Part shown: positions 18,596 to 27,551 of the stretch, piece after piece
Layout: each line of letters opens with the position of its first letter
Position numbering within the stretch: the stretch's first letter is position 1
Origin: an uncultured virus (IMG/VR IMGVR_UViG_3300034684_000282)
Lineage: Duplodnaviria; Heunggongvirae; Uroviricota; Caudoviricetes
Length of the DNA stretch: 64,000 nucleotides
Virus record (IMG/VR): IMGVR_UViG_3300034684_000282
Strand: one strand, 5' to 3'
The notes under the pieces: generated by a model
The model's input: the letters and a program-made list of their open reading frames with translations, nothing else
Database searches by the model: none
What the model was told of the DNA's origin: nothing
Program-made: the position numbers and the translations under genes

Positions 18596-19759
18596 ATGCA
18601 CATAGACAAGGACCTCGTACAGAAGGCTGTCGACGAAGCCTTTGAGAAGATCATAAAGGAAAACGAGAGTTACGACGACAGCGAGGTAATATACTCCGAC
18701 GAGCCTAAGCCGGAGTTGAAAGAGATGCCCGAAGAGGATAAAGTAGAGGAAGAGGAAAACGTAGAAGACAGGGTGGAGGAAGAGGTTGAGGAAGCCATCG
18801 GTGAAAACTCAGACTTTAACTTTCTCGGCTTAGACATCAGTATTGAGAAGACCGAGAACGGTAAGTTCAACGTTAAGATAACGAAGGCCGACAAGGAGAA
18901 AGTTGAGGTACTAGACGTGGCTGACCTTCCGAACATCCTCGGCTTGATAGAGGACTTCTTCAACGAGTTAGTCTTAGAAGACACAAAGAGCGGTGAGGGT
19001 GAGGAAGACGAAGCGGAGAGTGACGAGGAGATCTCCGAGTTAAACGAGGAAGACGACTCCGACGAGGACGAGCCTGTTGAGCAAGAGTTTGAAGACGAGC
19101 TAACCGAAGGCTACCGAGCTTCAGGCTACCACACCTCGCTAGCCTCACTGCGAAGAAAATATGGGAGTAGGGTAGAGGAGATTCTAGAGCACGGGTTGCT
19201 GGCTAAGGAGTTAGCGCTGGAGATGGTTAAGGGTAACTTAGTTAAGGGCACAGTTAAGGAGCTAGTCGACACAGTCAGGGAGAAGGACGCTCTGATCGCC
19301 GCTAAGAAAACCGATCTGCGGAAGTCAAGCGTTAGGTACCTCTACGCGAAGAAGATGGAGAGTAGCCTGAAGAAAGCCAGCGCCGTGCTGGGGTCGGCGA
19401 TCGTTGACTTGAGCAAGCAAGTAAACAGCAGGCGGGTGTCGCCTGAGTTGGCGCGGAAGGCTGTGAAGAGGTACAAGTCTATCATAGCCGCGATCGTCAA
19501 CGCTAACAGTCCTAAGACCGTACTGGCTGCTACCGCCGCGGTGGGTAAGGTACGAAACGCTGTTTTAGCAAATGTTAACAAAAGTAAAATTAAACCCGAC
19601 AGGAGTAGGAGTGTTAACACTGAGTTTAGGCCGAGAAATGTACTGAACAGGACTGGAAAGACTGCCAACTCGACTCTACTCTCCGGTAGGCGATATGACG
19701 GAATCGACGAGATGAGCGCTGAGATCCTGCGGATTGCAGGCATCACTGGTAACAGTTAG
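18596..19759 (+). CDS. Prohead scaffolding protein (gp22-like)
   Basis: Acidic N-half and basic C-half, C-terminal ILRIAGI, immediately before the MCP. Confidence 0.7.
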   Translation: MHIDKDLVQKAVDEAFEKIIKENESYDDSEVIYSDEPKPELKEMPEEDKVEEEENVEDRVEEEVEEAIGENSDFNFLGLDISIEKTENGKFNVKITKADKEKVEVLDVADLPNILGLIEDFFNELVLEDTKSGEGEEDEAESDEEISELNEEDDSDEDEPVEQEFEDELTEGYRASGYHTSLASLRRKYGSRVEEILEHGLLAKELALEMVKGNLVKGTVKELVDTVREKDALIAAKKTDLRKSSVRYLYAKKMESSLKKASAVLGSAIVDLSKQVNSRRVSPELARKAVKRYKSIIAAIVNANSPKTVLAATAAVGKVRNAVLANVNKSKIKPDRSRSVNTEFRPRNVLNRTGKTANSTLLSGRRYDGIDEMSAEILRIAGITGNS

Positions 19760-19809
19760 CTTACCAACATTTTAAACTAAACTACATAAACAAGGAGTGT
19801 AACGCAACT

Positions 19810-21819
19810 ATGGACAGAAAAGACTACACGGCTCTCCTGTCAGAGAGAGTCTGGCCCAGGGTTGAGAGACAGCTTTTGGGTGGAATCGCTGACAGGGGGC
19901 TTCAGAGAAACTTGAAAACTGTTCTCGCTAACACGAGAAACGCGCTTTTGGCTGACACGTCAATGCAGAACATGGTATACCTCAGTGTGGGGTCATTTTA
20001 GCGAGAGCTAAAATAGCAAATCGGGTGAATTGCTGGGACTCTTTAGAGCCTCTAGTGCTACAGCGTAGTCGGTAACGACAAGCGCGAAAGCTCTAAAAAA
20101 CTTAGAGGATTAGGGAATCAGCAGCCGAGCAGCCAGTACACTGGTTGAAGGTCCAGAGACTACCGGAGAGATGCTCTTAGTTCTTAAGAGCGAGTTCTCT
20201 TAATAACCGGCTAGAGCGCCCGACCCTTAGTTATAAAGCTAAGGTGAAGATATAGTCCATCCCACAGCGAAAGCTGCGGACAAGATGCCCGAAAATTGTA
20301 CTACCGTTAGTTAGACGTCTCAACGTAGGGACCGCTGTAGGGTAACCTACAGTTGCAAATTCGGTGAATTGCTGGGAGCCTTTAGAGCCCTCGGTGCTAC
20401 AGCGTAGCTGGCAACGGCAGGCGCGAACGCTCTAAAAAACCGTAGGGATTAGGTAATCAGCAGCCAAGCTCCCGAAAGCGCAAGATAGTAGGGAGAAGGT
20501 TCAGAGACTAGAGGTTGAGCCAGCGCAGGCAATAACACCTCCTCGAGCGCCGAATAACTAAAGCAGTATAGCTTTAGTTAATGATATAGTCCACTCTAGG
20601 GTGAAAGCCTTAGGTAGAGTGCTTTCCAAAACTGATTGCGAATCAGATTATCTCGGTTCAGCCGCTCAACGGACCAACTGGGTGGATTCGGTTCCTTGAC
20701 GCATTTGTTGAACACATTAATCCAGCTACTGGCAACGTAAACATCTACCCCTGGTCTCAGGGTGACAGCACGTACTCTACACCGCAGAATGATTTAACGG
20801 TTGAAATTTCAGCTGATGGTACTGACACAAACTATACTGGAGTACTAAAAGACAGCGATAATAATATACTGGTACCGTCGGAGGGAACGCTCTTTGTGGA
20901 GATTGAAAGTTCCTCCGGTACGTGGACGAAGATAGCCGAGGCTGACAGGAGTGGAGTGCTTCACTCTCTGAGTTCCGCCTATAAAGTTATAGGTGTCGTT
21001 GACCCTAAAACACAAGAGTTTGTCGTTAACGTTACAGACTCAGCCGGCACCGTAGTCGGAAAAGCGCTTCGCTTTGCCTTTAAGGAAGACATTCAGAAGA
21101 ACATCCCGTTCGGCGACGGTAAGACCTACAACACGATGCGGTTTGAGATCACCAAGATCGCCGTCGAGGCTAAGACCCGTAAGCTGGGTGCCACGTACAG
21201 CTTCGAGCTCATGGAAGACTACAAGAACGAGTTCGGTGAGAACTTCGAGGACAAGATGGTCGACTACCTAACCACGACTATTCTGACGGAGGTCGACAGT
21301 GAGGTAATCGACACGCTGTTCAGTAAGGCTACCGTAAGCGGTTCTTGGGACGCCACGATGCCGATGACGTGGACTCGCGGTATCAACCAGTGGTACGAGA
21401 CGGTGCTGCCGAAGATAAACAAGCTGAGCAACTACATCTACCAGGCAACCCACGTCTCCGGAGCAACGTTCCTGGTCTGCAGCCCCGTTACGGCTACCAT
21501 CTTCCAGAGCCTGATGCAGTTCAGCGGTAACGGTACGCCGACCGACCAGATGAACGTCGGTACCGTCAACATCGGTACGCTCAGCGGCGTGTACAAGGTG
21601 TTTACGTCGCCGCTCTGCCCCGACAACAAGGTTCTGCTTGGGTTTAAGGGAAGCAAGCCTGAGGACACCGGAGCGGTGTACGCTCCGTACGTTCCGGTAC
21701 AGCTCCACCCAATCTACTACTCCGAAGGCATGCCCTCGGTCATGGCCAGGACCCGTTACTGGCTGGGTGTACTGCGGCCCGACTACTACGGGGTACTCAA
21801 CATCAACGGCACCATTTAG
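19810..21819 (+). CDS. Major capsid protein (gp23-like), spliced: join(19810..19982,20288..20320,20622..21819), 467 aa
   Basis: Splicing restores NMVYLPKIVLPLVRRLFPKLIANQIISVQPLNGPTG; exon 3 is open and in frame with 20896..21819 (EAKTRKLGA, YAPYVP, TRY). Confidence 0.93.
19983..20287 (+). ncRNA. Group I intron 1 in the MCP gene (305 nt, no ORF)
   Basis: P AATTGCTGGGA, Q AATCAGCAGC, R GTCCAGAGACTA, S AAGATATAGTCC; P1 ACCUCA/UGGGGU with a U.G pair at the 5' splice site; terminal G20287. Confidence 0.92.
20321..20621 (+). ncRNA. Group I intron 2 in the MCP gene (301 nt, no ORF)
   Basis: P AATTGCTGGGA, Q AATCAGCAGC, R GTTCAGAGACTA, S ATGATATAGTCC; P1 GUCUC/GGGAC with a U.G pair; terminal G20621. 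Confidence 0.92.
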
Positions 21820-21852
21820 TAAGATTAGTAAGTAGTAAGTAAGCAACACTAG

Positions 21853-21890
21853 AAAGAGGGGGAGACTACGTAGTCTTCCTCTCTTTTTTT
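21853..21890 (+). terminator. Rho-independent terminator after the MCP gene
   Basis: AAAGAGGGGGAGACTA-cg-TAGTCTTCCTCTCTTTTTTT. Confidence 0.85.
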
Positions 21891-21945
21891 ATGCACTAGT
21901 GTAAAAGATAAATTAAACATATAGATTAACTAATCATAATTCGTA

Positions 21946-23016
21946 GTGCTGGAAGGGATATGCAGCGTGAGAGATACTCAGTCTGGTTTAAACCTTATAA
22001 ACTACATTCTTGCCGCTACGGCTAAGACTGAGTCAGGAGATATCTTAGACAAGCATAGGATTAAGCATACTCCGTTAACTAAGGATGAGTTGACGGAGTT
22101 GTTAAGAACTGACTACTCATCCGCTTATAAAAAGTTTTTAGAAAATAAAATTATGTTTCGCGGCGTTAACGACAGTACAAGGTACTTTATCGGACGGTAC
22201 GGCTTACTAAAACCTGGGCTTAGAGTTTCGCAGTACGCGCGGTACAACTTGTATACTAGGCTGTTCTCAGACATCCTGCCGTCGTGGAAAGGTTACCCGC
22301 CGAGAAACCGGTCGTTTATATGCTCAACCAGCACTAGCTACGCAGCGCAGTTCGCGTCTAGTGAGTCTGGTGGACCACCGACAATGGCTAACGTATACGC
22401 TGTTCTACCAAAAAACGGAGCGGTTATCGGAGTGTGTCCAGATGTAGACCTTTGGTGGTCGTTTGAAACTTTAGTAAAAAAAGGTTTAGGCTTAGAAGAC
22501 TTTCAACACCTGTTACTGGGTGTTATTGAGTTTATCGGCATGCAGTTAGATGAAGTTACTTCTGCTAAGACGGGGGTAAAGAGTACCGAGTTTTCTAAGA
22601 TATGGCTAGACCTAGACAAAGCCGCTAAGTACGAAAGCGCCGCTAGTATAGTTGCGGTGTTTAACACTTTGTCTGAAAAGCTTAAAATATACATTGACGA
22701 TGTTCTTAAAGAGACTAAGAGAAAGTATCCGATTAAGAATGTATACAGCTTTGAGACATACACGGCTAATATTGCCGAGGAGATGCTAGAGGAGATGAAA
22801 AGACGCGGTACTACCGACATTCTTGAAATTTTAGACGATATTTTTAACCCTAAGACAAACGGCATTAAGAAAGTAACTATAGAGCAGTACGGCGAGCGGT
22901 CGCATATAACTACTAAAACCGACACCAAACACAGCGGAAAGGAAGTCTGGACTGACTCCGAGTGTCTGTTTATAAACAAGCGACACTTAAAGTTGTTAAA
23001 ACAAATAGACTTATAA
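21946..23016 (+). CDS. Hypothetical protein, possible ADP-ribosyltransferase fold
   Basis: MFRG...FICSTS..A..F...VYAV...KEVW (R-S-E pattern). Confidence 0.5.
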   Translation: MLEGICSVRDTQSGLNLINYILAATAKTESGDILDKHRIKHTPLTKDELTELLRTDYSSAYKKFLENKIMFRGVNDSTRYFIGRYGLLKPGLRVSQYARYNLYTRLFSDILPSWKGYPPRNRSFICSTSTSYAAQFASSESGGPPTMANVYAVLPKNGAVIGVCPDVDLWWSFETLVKKGLGLEDFQHLLLGVIEFIGMQLDEVTSAKTGVKSTEFSKIWLDLDKAAKYESAASIVAVFNTLSEKLKIYIDDVLKETKRKYPIKNVYSFETYTANIAEEMLEEMKRRGTTDILEILDDIFNPKTNGIKKVTIEQYGERSHITTKTDTKHSGKEVWTDSECLFINKRHLKLLKQIDL

Positions 23017-23019
23017 GGT

Positions 23020-24534
23020 GTGTATACTACGATGGACGGTAAAAACGTATTAGGCAACATTAACATATTACTAGCAAAACTTAAGCCCTCGCAGTACCGA
23101 AAGTACTGGAAGATATGGAACGAGCGCTTTAGGGCTAGGTACAGTGATGTTTTCGATAACAAGTACCGGATATACTTAGACTACCCGGAAGACGCCGGTG
23201 AGTCAATAACTGACGCCAAGTCTGCCAAAAACATAAAGCGTATTAACATAATACTACACGACTGTCCGTACACGAAAGACTATGTAGTAAGGGGTGCAAG
23301 CGACTACCTCGAGGGCTACGCTTACAAGAGTAACGGTTTAGAAAAAGTTAAGATCGGCAAGCTCTTAAGTAAAGCGCTAGACTACTTTAAGAAAGAAAAT
23401 ATACCGCCGGAGCTGTATGATTTCGACGAAGCACTTCGCGTGTTTAACACTAGGGCTAGCCTTAAGCAGTTGAGTAAACCGAAGCTAGTCTGTATATCAA
23501 GACACCCCTACGACATTGCCGGGATGAGTACCGACCGACGGTGGAAGTCTTGCATGCGCTTAGAGGACAAGGAGAAGTTTACCGCCGCCGGGCAGTACAG
23601 CGAGTACATTGAGAGTGATATTCGGGAGGGCACTCTTGTTGCCTACTTAATATACGCCGACGACAGAAACATCAACGACCCACTAGCAAGAATCCTCATC
23701 AAGCCGTACATCAACGTCAACGACTCTTCAGACATTCTGCTCGTACCGGAGCCGACTATCTACTCGGACGACTCACTGAACCCGGCCTCGTACCGTAAGT
23801 TTAGGGAAGTAGTAAACAACTGGCTCGAGTCATTCCAGGGAGAAAAGACCGGTACCTACATGTTTAACCCAGAGTTGTACCGCGACAAGAGTCCGGAAGC
23901 TGTGACTAAGGTAGGTAAGGATAAGGTAAAGAGAATAGAGGACAACATTACAGTCGACGGTAACAGCTGGATCTCGTCAGTACGTGATATAGCGTCAATG
24001 TTCCCCTGGCTAGCGGAGGGAAAGTTTGAAAACCTACTAGTATACGTTGACAAGCACGAGCCTGACCGACTAGTCATAAGGCGCGGTACTTGGAAGAGCG
24101 GGGTTGTAGTCGACGCCGTTTTAGAAAAGGACGTCGTTGTCGAGGGTGGGATACTGTACAGCTGCGTCTTTCGTGGAGTCTTCAAGGACGGTGTGTTCTA
24201 CATGGGATCATTCTACGGTACGTTTGAGAACGGAATCTGGCTAGACGGCGTTTTTAGCAACAGCGCGGTGTGGAGGGACGGAGTTTGGTACAGAGGGTAC
24301 TTTGACGGGCGTCTAAGGAACGGTGCGGTTGACATCTTTCCAAAGACACTACTCAACCCCAACATCGTAAAGGAAATTATCTCTAACTGCAAGAGTGAGG
24401 AAGAGTTCGAGTCTAAGTACAAAAAGCGCGAGATAGAGTTCTTTAAAACAAGGGAAAACGTTGAGAGACACCTGAGGATCCTTAAGGCTTACGAGAGTAA
24501 AGTGAAAAAAGCGGTAAAAGACTACTGGCGTTAA
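23020..24534 (+). CDS. Hypothetical virion-type protein with GxW/F pentapeptide repeats
   Basis: ISRHPYDIAGMSTDRRWKSCM domain followed by GTW/GIW/GVW repeats. Confidence 0.75.
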   Translation: MYTTMDGKNVLGNINILLAKLKPSQYRKYWKIWNERFRARYSDVFDNKYRIYLDYPEDAGESITDAKSAKNIKRINIILHDCPYTKDYVVRGASDYLEGYAYKSNGLEKVKIGKLLSKALDYFKKENIPPELYDFDEALRVFNTRASLKQLSKPKLVCISRHPYDIAGMSTDRRWKSCMRLEDKEKFTAAGQYSEYIESDIREGTLVAYLIYADDRNINDPLARILIKPYINVNDSSDILLVPEPTIYSDDSLNPASYRKFREVVNNWLESFQGEKTGTYMFNPELYRDKSPEAVTKVGKDKVKRIEDNITVDGNSWISSVRDIASMFPWLAEGKFENLLVYVDKHEPDRLVIRRGTWKSGVVVDAVLEKDVVVEGGILYSCVFRGVFKDGVFYMGSFYGTFENGIWLDGVFSNSAVWRDGVWYRGYFDGRLRNGAVDIFPKTLLNPNIVKEIISNCKSEEEFESKYKKREIEFFKTRENVERHLRILKAYESKVKKAVKDYWR

Positions 24535-24596
24535 GAGCTAAGCTTTGCAATTTCAAAATTAAAATAAGACTAGAAAATAAAAAGGGGAATGCTCGC

Positions 24597-24827
24597 ATGG
24601 TTAGCGTTAAGTTAGACGACGCGCTGTATCTAAAACCTAACCTTACCTTAAAGTTAGACGGTAAGTTTATAATCATATTTAATGACGGAGTAGAGGTTAA
24701 GAGGGAAGAGTACGCCGACGCGACTGCAGCGACGAATAAGTTTAACGGCATTATTACGGCTATAAATACTGCGGTGTCACCGACTACATCAAACATGTTG
24801 TTTTTGGACTTAGACACTCTGCTATAA
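24597..24827 (+). CDS. Hypothetical protein
   Basis: AAGGGG RBS; upstream CAAAATTAAA motif. Confidence 0.65.
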   Translation: MVSVKLDDALYLKPNLTLKLDGKFIIIFNDGVEVKREEYADATAATNKFNGIITAINTAVSPTTSNMLFLDLDTLL

Positions 24828-24872
24828 ATTTCATGATAGACTTAATATATTACAAAAAGGTGGTATAAAGAC

Positions 24873-25784
24873 ATGTTTCAACCAGTTAACTTAGCGATAG
24901 ACAGTAGCGGTAGACTCTTTGTCACCGACTTCGGTGACAACACGGTCAAGGTGTTTGACAATCCAAGTGACCTAGAGACACCCAGTATCGTGCTGACAGG
25001 GTTTAACTTCAACGAGAAGACCTTCTCTTTTCCAGACGTTGTCATAAAACCTAAAGTAACAGAAGAGATAGAAGGAGAGCCAGTAGTTACACAGCCTGAA
25101 ACTCTGTTTGTTTCAGACCCGTTTAACCACGCTGTCAAGGTGTACAGCATCGGTGAAGACGGTCTAGAGTTGGTAGCTACCCTGGGTGGCTTCGGTTCGG
25201 GAGACGCACAGTTTAGCCAGCCGGGAGGGCTAGCCCTCAACGAGGACGGAACGGAGCTACATGTTGTCGACACGATGAACCACAGGATCTCGGTGTGGTC
25301 AGCCGAAACGCCCTTTGCATACATTGCAAGCTACGGTGGCCCGGGTCACGGTGACGATAGCGGGTTGTACTACCCGACGGACATACTACACGCTGGTGCC
25401 GGGGTTATGTACGTTGCCGACTGCGGGCACAACAGGGTAGTCAGCTTTAAGAACGACGGGACCGCGTCGATTCCCTACGTAGTCAAGAAGTTAGACGAGT
25501 ACGTTGGGCACAGCTTGAGCCCAAGCGGAGTCTTGACTCTAACTACAAACACGTTTCCGGTAATCAGCTTGGTAGCTCACGGGACTAGTTTTTACCTGTC
25601 AGACCTATACGTTTCAAACATAGTTGAATTCGACAGTACTTGGGCACAAGACGGTACAGTTTTTCTTTCATACGGTGACGGTACTGAAAAAGTTAAGTTT
25701 CCGAAGGGTATGCACGTAAGCGACGACACGCTGTATGTAGCGGATACGGCTTCAAGCGAAGTCGAAGCAATCTCACTAGTTTAG
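24873..25784 (+). CDS. NHL-repeat beta-propeller protein
   Basis: FQPVNLAIDSSGRLFVTDFGDNTVKVF, FSQPGGLA..VVDTMNHRI, YVADCGHNRV. Confidence 0.9.
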   Translation: MFQPVNLAIDSSGRLFVTDFGDNTVKVFDNPSDLETPSIVLTGFNFNEKTFSFPDVVIKPKVTEEIEGEPVVTQPETLFVSDPFNHAVKVYSIGEDGLELVATLGGFGSGDAQFSQPGGLALNEDGTELHVVDTMNHRISVWSAETPFAYIASYGGPGHGDDSGLYYPTDILHAGAGVMYVADCGHNRVVSFKNDGTASIPYVVKKLDEYVGHSLSPSGVLTLTTNTFPVISLVAHGTSFYLSDLYVSNIVEFDSTWAQDGTVFLSYGDGTEKVKFPKGMHVSDDTLYVADTASSEVEAISLV

Positions 25785-25804
25785 CTTATTTTTATAAATA
25801 CATA

Positions 25805-25837
25805 AGGGGAGAGGATTAAATCCTCTCCTTTTTTTTT
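25805..25837. terminator. Terminator between convergent gene blocks
   Basis: AAGGGGAGAGGATT-a-AATCCTCTCCTTTTTTTTT. Confidence 0.85.
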
Positions 25838-25850
25838 ATGCTAACATACC

Positions 25851-26234
25851 TCAGTGGTAGTAGATCGGTGTGTTCGGGTAACTTACGATAACCCTATATA
25901 GTTTAATCTTCCCACCGTCTGGAAGCTCAGAAGCTTCTTCCGAAAGCTCTCCGCCGCAGTACTGCACGACTACAGCCCTGTCTCCCACACTTAACTCTAC
26001 AGTCTCACTACTACAGACTACACCGATGATACTAGCCAACCCCCTGTGCCTAACGTAGCTCTTGTATCCCGACCGAACGTACATGTCCATAACGCTCTTA
26101 ACGTTACCGCGGTCTAAGTTAAAGTAGTCCGTTATGTCGGCAACGTATACGTCGCAGGGAAAAGCGCTGTCCCTCAGCATGTCTAAGCTAAGCGTGTCGA
26201 GAATGTACTCTTCACTCATAAAAACCCCCCTCAC
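25851..26234 (-). CDS. DUF1874 / STIV B116 / AcrIII-1 ring-nuclease family protein
   Basis: YILDTLSLDML..YKSYVRH..A..GV..VELSVGDRAVVVQY.G..L.E.ASELPDGGKIKLY. Confidence 0.75.
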   Translation of the reverse strand: MRGVFMSEEYILDTLSLDMLRDSAFPCDVYVADITDYFNLDRGNVKSVMDMYVRSGYKSYVRHRGLASIIGVVCSSETVELSVGDRAVVVQYCGGELSEEASELPDGGKIKLYRVIVSYPNTPIYYH

Positions 26235-26695
26235 TGGATAATCTTAACCCTCCACCCCTTAGTCTCGGCATCGTACCACCAGAGTCTAACACTTCTTAAG
26301 TAGACTCGAAGCAAGCTGTAGCATATGCTACACGGGTGTGACGACAAAAGCCTGCGCGTTCCCCTTAAGACAACTACGTCTGTGACACCGTCGGTTAACT
26401 CTTTTCTTAGCAGTTTGATCACGAGGTCTGCTTCGGCGTGAATTGACATGCACTTTAGATCGTGGTAAGTTTCCTTAAGAAAAGGATGTGTCTTCAGCTT
26501 GTTTTCACCGTACTCTACGAGTTTTGAACCGTCGAGAGCTACAGCTACGCAGCGAAGGCTTGAGTCAAAGCGTCGCGTGTTCTTTAAGTTGTGTTCTTTA
26601 GACATTGTGGCAATCTCGGGTAAGATAGAAGGGAGAGCTCCCTTAAATCTTTTCCCTACTTTAACGTAGCTTGAGTTTAACCCAACACTTTTCAT
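26231..26695 (-). CDS. Zn-dependent cytidine-deaminase-fold protein
   Basis: GENK.KTHP, IHAE, SHPCSIC. Confidence 0.85.
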   Translation of the reverse strand: MKSVGLNSSYVKVGKRFKGALPSILPEIATMSKEHNLKNTRRFDSSLRCVAVALDGSKLVEYGENKLKTHPFLKETYHDLKCMSIHAEADLVIKLLRKELTDGVTDVVVLRGTRRLLSSHPCSICYSLLRVYLRSVRLWWYDAETKGWRVKIIQ

Positions 26696-26737
26696 ACCTT
26701 ACTCCATCTCACTTTAACTCTATAAGTTAATTAAATT

Positions 26738-26925
26738 GTGAACTACCCCCACCTATAGAGGTGGTGGCTTCGTGGTCAATGCTCCCATCGGAGCAAGATT
26801 ACCCACGCTCAAAGGGCTGTTCCTTCCCCAGCTTTACCAATTATACAGTATTAGGAAAGAATTGTCAAGCGACATTCATCACCCACTTATAGAAGTGGGC
26901 GACTTCTGTCGTTAATTAGGTTAAA
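26738..26925. mobile_element. Non-autonomous IS200/IS605-type MITE
   Basis: Starts TGTGAACTACC and ends AGGTTAAA; two related subterminal hairpins, CCACCTATAGAGGTGG and CCCACTTATAGAAGTGGG; no ORF. Confidence 0.7.
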
Positions 26926-26965
26926 ATACTACGGTATTTTCTACGCCACTGCCTGTTAAATAAAT

Positions 26966-26988
26966 AAGGGGAGTTTGTAGCTCCCCTT
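26966..26988 (-). terminator. Intrinsic terminator
   Basis: AAGGGGAG-tttgtag-CTCCCCTT with a U-rich tail on the minus strand. Confidence 0.6.
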
Positions 26989-27038
26989 TGAGTTCATCCA
27001 CTAACAGATGCAACTCCCTCCCTCGCAAAAACTGTTTC

Positions 27039-27551
27039 TTACCCCTGCAGCTGCTCTTGGCAGAACAGCTTTATCATAACAAAGGAGTGTATGTAAGACC
27101 TAACTAGCTCCCCAATCTCTTCTAAGTTTGACAAAGACAATGGTAGCTTAAAACTAATTTCCCTACCGTCGGCTTCTGTAGAGTTAAACCAAAATGTTGC
27201 AAACTTAGGCTTTGATATATCTTTATCATCGGTAAAGTACGACAGAGTAACTTTCTTATTGTACTTTTCGCTGTTTCTATACAGCTCTACAATGCTAGCA
27301 ACATTCTTAGACTTGATAAACTCTAGAATATTTAAGCAGTCTTGAAACGTTAGCGAGACAACTATTTGCGAAGCGTAGTCAAATATCTTAGTTCCCTTAG
27401 GTATCTGCCCGGGTTTAATACCGTCGGGTAGCTTACCAGGTGTGTACGACGGTGCCGCTACTAACGCTAAGTTACCAGCCTTGTTAATCTTAAACTGCAG
27501 CTTCGCGTACTTTGGAAACACCATTTCATGAACATCAACACTGTACTTCAA
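27039..27551 (-). CDS. Whirly/PC4-like ssDNA-binding protein (putative)
   Basis: GNLALVAAP..FDYASQIVVSLTFQDCLNIL resembles the Whirly LLQFAP..YDW..KQ.FSLS..E pattern. Confidence 0.45.
   Translation of the reverse strand: MKYSVDVHEMVFPKYAKLQFKINKAGNLALVAAPSYTPGKLPDGIKPGQIPKGTKIFDYASQIVVSLTFQDCLNILEFIKSKNVASIVELYRNSEKYNKKVTLSYFTDDKDISKPKFATFWFNSTEADGREISFKLPLSLSNLEEIGELVRSYIHSFVMIKLFCQEQLQG

Noticed and set aside
19810..20001. 63-aa ORF and 20896..21819 as separate genes, or TAG read-through/alternative genetic code
   Set aside because: The intron model restores the conserved gp23 sequence exactly, and TAG cleanly terminates many full-length genes here
21074..21849. Alternative-frame and antisense ORFs over the MCP gene
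   Set aside because: By-product of strong C/G third-position bias; no RBS or motifs
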